A stretch of DNA of 25,348 nucleotides, from NCBI GenBank assembly GCA_001563335.1, contig LRSL01000051.1, positions 1-25,348 on the forward strand, given 5' to 3'. The notes beneath the pieces were generated by a model. The model was given only the letters and a program-made list of their open reading frames with translations, did not search any database and was not told the origin of the DNA. The first letter of the stretch is position 1, and each line of letters opens with the position of its first letter. Shown piece after piece: positions 17,100 through 23,995 of the stretch. Origin of the DNA: Candidatus Thorarchaeota archaeon SMTZ1-45 (lineage in GTDB: Archaea; Asgardarchaeota; Thorarchaeia; Thorarchaeales; Thorarchaeaceae). The translations under genes were made by a program, and so were the position numbers.

Positions 17100-18572
17100 A
17101 TGAGCCTTGTTACAGAATCAACACAACAACCAGCAATGCCAGGACCCTACAAGATTGTAGCTGCTACTAGTTTTGGAGTATTTCTAAGTGCTCTTGATTC
17201 ATCCATTGTGAATGTTTCACTTGTCACAATGAAGGATAATCTTGGTGTTACGATGGCTGCTATCCAATGGATAGTTGTCGCTTACCTGTTGATAGTAACA
17301 TCTGCAATGCCGCTCATGGGCAAGCTTGGAGACCGGTTGGGCAAAACAAAAGTTTTCCAACTTGGGATGTTGGTTTTTATCTCTGGTTCACTCTTGTGTG
17401 CAATATCTATTGGTCTTGAGATGCTTGTTGCAGCAAGGGTTTTCCAAGCACTAGGTGCAAGTATGCTCTCAGCAAACGGTCTAGCATTAGTCACTTATTT
17501 TACTACAAACCAGAACAGAGGTCGAGCTATTGGGTTGAATTCTATTGTGCTCGCAGCTGCTCTAGGTAGCGGACCGGTAATTGGAGGCGTATTAAGTCAG
17601 TTCTATGGTTGGCCAAGTATTTTCCTTGTCAACTTGCCAATAGGAATCATAGGCTTCTTAGTTGTGCAGTTCGTTATTCCGGAAACTGACCAAGTAAAAG
17701 AAACTAAGTTCGACAGTATTGGAGCAGCATTATTCTTTTCATTCCTATTCCTCCTGATCTATTATGTTACAGTTTCACCAGGAGCTTCAATTGGAGTTAG
17801 TGTCCTTTTCATTGAGGGTATTCTAATCACGCTGTTTGCCTTCATCATTCGTGAAAGCGCTTTTCACTCTCCAATTATTACTACTGCTGTTTTAAGGGAC
17901 AAGAGAATATCAGCTAGTATTTTCTCTGCATTATTGGCTTACATGGCAATGGTTCCAATTTCATTCCTGCTACCTTTTTATCTCCAAGAGGCACTCGACT
18001 TCAACCAATCAATGACAGGTATTTTTCTTATGGTCCAGCCAATTATGATTTCAGTTACAGGTCCAATTGCAGGATTCGTTTCAGAAAGATGGTGCGCGAG
18101 GAATCAGACCGTGGTTGGTCTACTTGTACAATTGACAGGACTAGTATTCATCGCATTCGCAATTCCTAATGTTATACTAATGGCTCTTGGTGTAGCAATC
18201 ATGGGAACAGGATTGTCTTTCTTCAGTGTGGCAAATGGGAATTTTATAATGACTGCAGCACCAAAAAGATACATGGGAGTAGTGAGTGCACTCATCAATA
18301 TATCAAGGACTACTGGATTTTCGATCGCTACTGCTTTGGTCACAACTGTATTTGGATTATTCTTCCTAATTACCAATCCAGGAGCTATTACATCAGGTCC
18401 ACTCTTCGTGACAAGCTATGGGCAAGCAGTTGAGTTGACGATATGGATGTTCTCAGTTCTAGTAATCATTGCAGCAATCATATCGTCTCTGAGAGGACTC
18501 AATCCCTGTGAGGCAGAACGCAATAATAAAGGAATCTCGATTGTTTCTACAGACCAAACTCCTCAGCAATGA
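17100..18572 (+). CDS. MFS drug:H+ antiporter, DHA2 (EmrB/QacA) family, 14 TM
   Basis: 'LDSSIVNVSL', 'GKLGDRLG', 'ARVFQALGA', 'GPVIGG..GWPSIFLVNLPIG', 'LPFYLQ'. Confidence 0.93.
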   Translation: MSLVTESTQQPAMPGPYKIVAATSFGVFLSALDSSIVNVSLVTMKDNLGVTMAAIQWIVVAYLLIVTSAMPLMGKLGDRLGKTKVFQLGMLVFISGSLLCAISIGLEMLVAARVFQALGASMLSANGLALVTYFTTNQNRGRAIGLNSIVLAAALGSGPVIGGVLSQFYGWPSIFLVNLPIGIIGFLVVQFVIPETDQVKETKFDSIGAALFFSFLFLLIYYVTVSPGASIGVSVLFIEGILITLFAFIIRESAFHSPIITTAVLRDKRISASIFSALLAYMAMVPISFLLPFYLQEALDFNQSMTGIFLMVQPIMISVTGPIAGFVSERWCARNQTVVGLLVQLTGLVFIAFAIPNVILMALGVAIMGTGLSFFSVANGNFIMTAAPKRYMGVVSALINISRTTGFSIATALVTTVFGLFFLITNPGAITSGPLFVTSYGQAVELTIWMFSVLVIIAAIISSLRGLNPCEAERNNKGISIVSTDQTPQQ

Positions 18573-19878
18573 ACAAAACCCGTCGTCTGAAATCTGGATG
18601 ATCAAGAATAAGCAAGTTTACTCCAACCTCACGATTAAAGAGCATCCTGTTGGGATTCTTGCGAAGCATCTCTAGAAGATCAATCAGCTCTTCATTTGAG
18701 AGACGTCTATCTTCATCATAGTCAACTTTTCTCCAATCAACAACTTGTACGTCCATAGGTTTCTTTGTGTCTGGTTTGGCTTCATTACGTTTCGTCTGCA
18801 AAATAGGAATTGCAGGTTTGACAGCAGCCAATATATCTTCGTCTGTCAACTGAATTGCATAGACTTCCCGCATATGCTTCAATCTGGTGGACAAGAAGAG
18901 ACCTGGTGCTACTTCTCGGGCATTTACCTCATCAATACCATCCAGCGGATAGTGCGTTATCATTCGCATGAGTTCATCATTCGAAATTGGTCCAGCACGT
19001 TCGGGATTCAAAGACTCTAACCAACGTATTTCTTCGATAAGTGCTGTTATTGCCTCAATACGTTGTCCCAATCGTATAAGCGCATTGATTGTTGCTTCAT
19101 ATCCAAGGATAGACGCTGCATGATAATCACTCATTAACTCAGCATTGCGTGAGGCTTGTTGCATAAACAATCTTGAAACTATCGCGAGAAATCTAGACAG
19201 AAGGAAGAAAGCGAACAAGATAGCGAAGCGGATACCACCAAGTATCAAATCACTATAAAGGAAAATGGCACTGGCAACTCCAACACCAAGGACAATATAG
19301 ATGTAGAGATATATTAGGTCAATGAAGAATGATGGCATTCTTGTGAAAATTTGTACAAGTGAATCACGATTTGCTATATGTCCAAGTTCATGCGTTATTA
19401 TTGCCTTGACTTCGTTCTTATTGAGTACCTCTAAAGTATTGCTATGAACAACAACGATTGATCCTAATAACGGAAGGCTAAAAGTAAATGCATTCGGAAG
19501 TGGTGAGTTCATCAAGTAGATCCTATTGACCTCAACATTACTCTGCTTAGCTAGGTCCTGGGTCCAGTTGACAAGATTATCTCTGGAATATCTACTTGTC
19601 CATTCAGTTTCTAAATCGTATTTCGGAAACAGCATGATCAAATCTTTCTGCCGAAGCATCTGGCTTGCTGTGATATAAAGAAGTACAACTTGCATTATGC
19701 TAATAGTGAAGAATAGAGAAACAGATATGAGTGGATTAGAGTTGGCAACACCTTCTTCATAAACGAAAATTGGAAGATTATAGAAAATTGATACAAAAAG
19801 AATCTGGATGAGATCCATTATCAGAAATGCGTAAATGGCTATCCACTTCTTCTTGTTTACTTCTTCAATCATAAGCAA
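18547..19878 (-). CDS. M48 (HtpX/Ste24-like) membrane zinc metalloprotease with a large C-terminal insert containing an EF-hand-like loop
   Basis: PNAF, HELGH, SRNAELMSD (third zinc ligand), terminal HP..RR motif, 4 TM. Loop DYDEDRRLSNEE at 18688-18723. Confidence 0.88.
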   Translation of the reverse strand: MLMIEEVNKKKWIAIYAFLIMDLIQILFVSIFYNLPIFVYEEGVANSNPLISVSLFFTISIMQVVLLYITASQMLRQKDLIMLFPKYDLETEWTSRYSRDNLVNWTQDLAKQSNVEVNRIYLMNSPLPNAFTFSLPLLGSIVVVHSNTLEVLNKNEVKAIITHELGHIANRDSLVQIFTRMPSFFIDLIYLYIYIVLGVGVASAIFLYSDLILGGIRFAILFAFFLLSRFLAIVSRLFMQQASRNAELMSDYHAASILGYEATINALIRLGQRIEAITALIEEIRWLESLNPERAGPISNDELMRMITHYPLDGIDEVNAREVAPGLFLSTRLKHMREVYAIQLTDEDILAAVKPAIPILQTKRNEAKPDTKKPMDVQVVDWRKVDYDEDRRLSNEELIDLLEMLRKNPNRMLFNREVGVNLLILDHPDFRRRVLFIAEEFGL

Positions 19879-19980
19879 GCCTCTCGAATGAAATTTGGTA
19901 ATATGTTTTCAAGTATGCGGTTTAATGATATCACTTATTTCAGAGTTCCTATCGATAGGGCGGAATCAAGAACGAATAGA

Positions 19981-20514
19981 CTAGCGAGAAAGCCATAGTC
20001 TTCGTGATTCAGAAGCTGCATAGTGAAATAATTCACTGACATTCATACCTGTCTTTGCAGAAGTTTCAAAAAATTTGAGGGTGAGAAGGTCCGCTAAAAG
20101 TTGGCCATCTTGAGTTGTGACTTGAGCCTCCTCTTTCATATCTGACTTGTTTGCGACAAGCGAACCTCCAAGAAACTGCTCACGTTGAATACAGATCTTT
20201 TCTGTGAGAGCTTCATATAGGTCGGTTATTCGCTCAAATGTAGAACGACTTGTTACATCATAGACCATAATGAGGTGGTGTGCACCTTGATAGAATTGGT
20301 TTCGAAGTCCAGAGAAGCTTTCCTGTCCCCCAATATCTGCAATTGTAAGAACGACTCGACCTTCAGGAAAATCAAAAGTGGCGGCACTAAGTGCTGCACC
20401 AATTGTTGCAGTATGCGTCTCTCTGAATTCATCACTTTGATATCGTCTTACCAAACTGGATTTTCCAACATTTGGAGGGCCAACGATAATCGCTTTGTAA
20501 AGCTCAACTGACAC
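19981..20514 (-). CDS. Ras-superfamily small GTPase (Rab/Ran-like eukaryotic signature protein)
   Basis: G1 GPPNVGKS, G2 ATIG, G3 DIGGQE, G4 NKSD, G5 ETSAK, plus FYQGA and VYDVT. No C-terminal Cys. GGTGAG SD before the GTG. Confidence 0.95.
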   Translation of the reverse strand: MSVELYKAIIVGPPNVGKSSLVRRYQSDEFRETHTATIGAALSAATFDFPEGRVVLTIADIGGQESFSGLRNQFYQGAHHLIMVYDVTSRSTFERITDLYEALTEKICIQREQFLGGSLVANKSDMKEEAQVTTQDGQLLADLLTLKFFETSAKTGMNVSELFHYAASESRRLWLSR

Positions 20515-20633
20515 TCATCTCACCGGTCCCAAGACGAACATTTTTGGTTAACCATAGTATCTTATCAGGCTTGCGTGTTTAAGCAGATGATTATATCGAA
20601 GACTTTTAGAGGAAGAATAATTGGAGATTCTTC

Positions 20634-21101
20634 ATGGTCAACCTCAATGACATCAGATCACGTACAATCAACGTACGGGATTACATAAACAGCTTAAAAG
20701 ACCAGGACAAAGAGAAATTTCTCGAAGTCTATAATACATACAGACTAAATATAGGCGTGGTTAGGGAGCTGGAGAAGGTTCTCAAGGACCTTACTGTTAT
20801 AGTTTTTAGCGCGGCATGGTGTGGAGACTGCAAGAGAGCAATGCCGGTGATGTTGCAGTTAGAAGAACAATTAGGTCTCGAAGTTTTAGTTTTTAGTAGC
20901 ATCAAGATTGCTCCTCTGGATCCTGAAAATAAGTGGGCGGTTCCGCCCTCACCCCCGGAGATTAATGAATGGGGAGTAAGCGCAATACCCTGGTTCAATT
21001 TCTACGATGCAGAAGGGAATCTTGTAGGTACTCTAATTGAAAAACCGAGGGTCAAAGAAACCCTAGAGGAAGAAATTCTTCATGTGCTTAAGAATAAATA
21101 G
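20634..21101 (+). CDS. Thioredoxin-like protein (WCGDC)
   Basis: 'VFSAAWCGDC' active site and cis-Pro 'AIPWF'. Confidence 0.88.
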   Translation: MVNLNDIRSRTINVRDYINSLKDQDKEKFLEVYNTYRLNIGVVRELEKVLKDLTVIVFSAAWCGDCKRAMPVMLQLEEQLGLEVLVFSSIKIAPLDPENKWAVPPSPPEINEWGVSAIPWFNFYDAEGNLVGTLIEKPRVKETLEEEILHVLKNK

Positions 21102-21143
21102 TCATGATGCGGCATGCAGATTGCGTCAAAGGAGGAAGTATCA

Positions 21144-22379
21144 ATGGAAATACCATTTCTTTCTAATTTCATTGAAGGTCTGAAATTATTCTTTGAGAGT
21201 AAAAAACTAAGATGGTTTGCACTTGTGTTCTTCATTGGTGCGTTTTTTATAACCATCTGGGAAAGTCTTGGGGCAATACTACTTGGAATTTTTCCTGGTA
21301 TAGCACTACTCGTTTTCTCAGGTGGAGTATTTCCAATTTATTTCATGCTGGTTTCATTAATGTCTATATTGGGACTAGGTCGCTTCGTAGTTAGTGAAGA
21401 ATCATATAAGCGATCATTCATCTACACGATAATTTGGGGTGTCATTAGCGCCTTTGTGCTAATCGCGATGGTCTTTTTAACTTTCCAGCTCTTTATCCTC
21501 ATTTTCGTAGGATTCACTTTTTTGGGTTGGATTGGATTCCAGTCCTATTTTGCAACGAGGACATCACTTGGATTAGCAAGAAGTGTTGATGTAGGGAAAC
21601 GTTCACTGCTCATAGGTTTGTTTTACGGAGTGATTTACATCTTCAATTATGCAGTTGTTGTCGGTGCAGTGATTTTTGGAATAATCGTATTTGCACCTGG
21701 ACTCCCAGCTATTGGCGTATCCATTTTAGGAGGATTATTAGCGCTTGGTTTTAATTTCTTGAATGGACTGATTCTAGCTAAGGAACGGAATAAATCAACT
21801 GCAAGTGGAGTTGCTGTCCTTGGCCTCTTCATCTCACTCTATTCTGCCTATTTCATATATAATGTACTGAAGGGATTCGATCCTGCACTTGACCTTGTTA
21901 GTATCGCGATTTCCATTGCATTTATTCTCTATACAATGAGCGGGATTGGTAGGACCCTTGCAAGTCGAGCAGAGCTTGATACTAGATTTAAAATTTCAAG
22001 AGAGTTTGCTGCAACTCTGACATACTTCCTCGCATCTGGCTTCATGTTTGTAGATAGCGTGTTCATTCTGATAATCGTGGATCCAAGCTTGCAGGGAGTC
22101 ATTTCAGATGTCATAAAGCTTCTATTGTTCCCATTCATCGCTTTCATTATGGTACTCTACTATCTCTATGAGTCGAGGAAAGCTTTGAAGGAGGCTGAGA
22201 TAATCAGCGAACCTGAAGTAGTCGAAGAGGAAGAACTACCGGAAGTGGAAGAGGAACCTGTAGAATTAGCTGAACCAGCTCAGGAAGAAGAGATCTTTGA
22301 AGATGAAGACTTAGGTACGATTGGAGAAGAACAAGAGGAAGAGGAAATCGCAGCTGAGGAGTATAATGAGGAAGAATGA
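21144..22379 (+). CDS. Hypothetical polytopic membrane protein (about 10 TM) with a very acidic C-terminal tail
   Basis: AGGAGG SD before ATG 21144, long hydrophobic core, last ~62 aa Glu/Asp-rich. Confidence 0.8.
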   Translation: MEIPFLSNFIEGLKLFFESKKLRWFALVFFIGAFFITIWESLGAILLGIFPGIALLVFSGGVFPIYFMLVSLMSILGLGRFVVSEESYKRSFIYTIIWGVISAFVLIAMVFLTFQLFILIFVGFTFLGWIGFQSYFATRTSLGLARSVDVGKRSLLIGLFYGVIYIFNYAVVVGAVIFGIIVFAPGLPAIGVSILGGLLALGFNFLNGLILAKERNKSTASGVAVLGLFISLYSAYFIYNVLKGFDPALDLVSIAISIAFILYTMSGIGRTLASRAELDTRFKISREFAATLTYFLASGFMFVDSVFILIIVDPSLQGVISDVIKLLLFPFIAFIMVLYYLYESRKALKEAEIISEPEVVEEEELPEVEEEPVELAEPAQEEEIFEDEDLGTIGEEQEEEEIAAEEYNEEE

Positions 22380-22499
22380 AGAATTTACAAATCTATCTCT
22401 ACATAGTCCTACCAATCCGAACCCTTTTATCCAATTCAGCTTAGACTTTCGAGCGGATTATATATCCGTTGTAGATAGGAAAAAACCGGAGACACTGAC

Positions 22500-22661
22500 A
22501 TGGCTAAATACGAGTGTATGGTTTGTGGCTGGATTTATGACGAAGACGAAGGCGATCCTGATAGTGGTATTGCCGCTGGTACGAAGTTTGCAGATCTACC
22601 TGATGATTGGGTTTGTCCCATGTGCGGAGCAGCGAAAGAGGACTTCGAACTAATCGAGTAA
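22500..22661 (+). CDS. Rubredoxin (53 aa; absent from the ORF track)
   Basis: Hand translation: [53 protein letters not shown], with two CxxCG knuckles. Confidence 0.97.
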   Translation: MAKYECMVCGWIYDEDEGDPDSGIAAGTKFADLPDDWVCPMCGAAKEDFELIE

Positions 22662-22676
22662 TCCACTCATTTTGAT

Positions 22677-22697
22677 GGAGCCTTTCTTGAAGGCTCC
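22677..22697 (+). terminator. Hairpin GGAGCCTT-tcttg-AAGGCTCC after rubredoxin
   Basis: Perfect 8-bp stem 15 nt after the stop, followed by pyrimidine-rich sequence. Confidence 0.5.
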
Positions 22698-23015
22698 TCA
22701 TATTCTCTTTGATTAGAGATTAACTTTCAAAGCTATTCCTTAATTCATAGAATGAAAATCAGAATTAGTTCTACAGGAGTAGATGTGCATGCAACCCCTC
22801 GCAAAGCACATGCTTTTTTGTGACAATCAGAGCTCCACGCACAATAATGTATTTCATTAGTTTGCATTTACATATTGCTCGCATGCATTATCAGCCTATA
22901 CTTCGAAACATATTCCATTGACAAATGAAAGTGATGATTTGTATCCTAAGATGCAATCCGCTCCAGATAGAAGGGTTATTAGCGGAAAAACCATAGAACT
23001 TAGGGAGGTTACAAA

Positions 23016-23435
23016 TTGAAGATAGTTGGATATTTTGAAGGAACCGATTCGGGAGTACTAACAAAAATTGTAGCTAGTGGTTTCTGTACATTGCCATTGG
23101 CGAACGAATGGGATGGACATGGAAAAAACGCTTCCCACATAGAACCTGGGCAAATAGATCTGATAATTGGATACCTACACAAATTGCTTCCTCCGTTAGG
23201 AACATGTGAAGATGAAAATGCAAAAGCTGCACCAATGGGTGTAGATATCCATAGAGGGTTTCGTCCAATAGACTTGCTATATCCTGCAAAGGCGTATAAT
23301 ATTCCTGTTCTTGTAGTAGTTCCAAGGGACTACCATAAAGAAGCAAAGGATCTCTTAGGTGAAGCTGCAGAGTTTGCTACAATTGTCACACCTGAAGATC
23401 TTGAAAAGAAAGTAAGAGAGATTCTAGAATTCTAG
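23016..23435 (+). CDS. Hypothetical alpha/beta protein, possibly a receiver-like fold without the phospho-Asp
   Basis: GGGAGGT SD before the TTG. Segments 'IDLIIGY', 'NIPVLVV', 'TPEDLEKKVREIL'. Confidence 0.75.
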   Translation: MKIVGYFEGTDSGVLTKIVASGFCTLPLANEWDGHGKNASHIEPGQIDLIIGYLHKLLPPLGTCEDENAKAAPMGVDIHRGFRPIDLLYPAKAYNIPVLVVVPRDYHKEAKDLLGEAAEFATIVTPEDLEKKVREILEF

Positions 23436-23588
23436 CTCACAAAAAGACCAGTAGAAACTAAGAGTCTTAATGGCAAATTTCCCTGATCAGATATTTATTT
23501 GGCTTCATACCTTAAATCTAGGATTAAAAGAAGACCTTGAATAGTTGATTTGATTTCTAATGATAAATAGTAGTGGGGAAAAATTGGT

Positions 23589-23816
23589 ATGGGTGATGTC
23601 ATCCTTGTCTATGACGAGTATGGTAGAACGCATTACAAAAGATTGTTTTGGATGAATGTGGTTCTCTATGTTATTCTTGGAATCATTGTTATAGTAGGTC
23701 TAGTAGATCTCATTATCATAGTAGTTGTAGCTTTTTCAATTGCAATGTTGTCTCTTATCTATGCACTCTACTTCATTCGTAAGAATCCGCCTCTCAACTA
23801 TGAACAAGAAGTCTGA
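23589..23816 (+). CDS. Small 2-TM hypothetical membrane protein
   Basis: 75-aa ORF filling an intergenic gap, hydrophobic core with charged flanks. Confidence 0.6.
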   Translation: MGDVILVYDEYGRTHYKRLFWMNVVLYVILGIIVIVGLVDLIIIVVVAFSIAMLSLIYALYFIRKNPPLNYEQEV

Positions 23817-23913
23817 TAGTACTCGAAATCCCAGTTCCAAGAATTGGCACTAAAAAGGTAATGGGCAAATTTCATGTGTACATGGGCTCACATGTGGTAC
23901 GTAAAGCCACTCC

Positions 23914-23921
23914 TTTATATA
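23914..23921 (+). promoter_or_regulatory. TATA box TTTATATA of the peptide-binding protein gene
   Basis: Consensus archaeal TATA about 75 bp upstream of the TTG start. Confidence 0.55.
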
Positions 23922-23995
23922 CGAAAGTGTACCACTCTGAACTACTTCTTCCGACGTGGATAAATACCGCGCGGTAAAGGAGGAGGTATTTACAT

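Noticed and set aside
19981-20010. CAAX or CC prenylation motif on the GTPase, completing a Ste24/ICMT pathway
   Set aside because: The C-terminus is ...RRLWLSR with no Cys, and no prenyltransferase is present in the window.
22321-22701. ORFs 22321..22653 (+) and 22504..22701 (-)
   Set aside because: They are alternative-frame shadows of the rubredoxin gene.
22752-22823. 23-codon ORF MKIRISSTGVDVHATPRKAHAFL in the 354-bp gap after rubredoxin
   Set aside because: It has no SD or motif, and its length is expected by chance.
22931-22975. C-box-like GTGATGA (also at 16051) suggesting a C/D box sRNA
   Set aside because: There is no properly placed CTGA D box or convincing D'/C' pair.
3672-23346. 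Numerous 60-160 aa ORFs nested in or antisense to the called genes
   Set aside because: They are overlapped by well-supported CDS and show no recognisable motifs.
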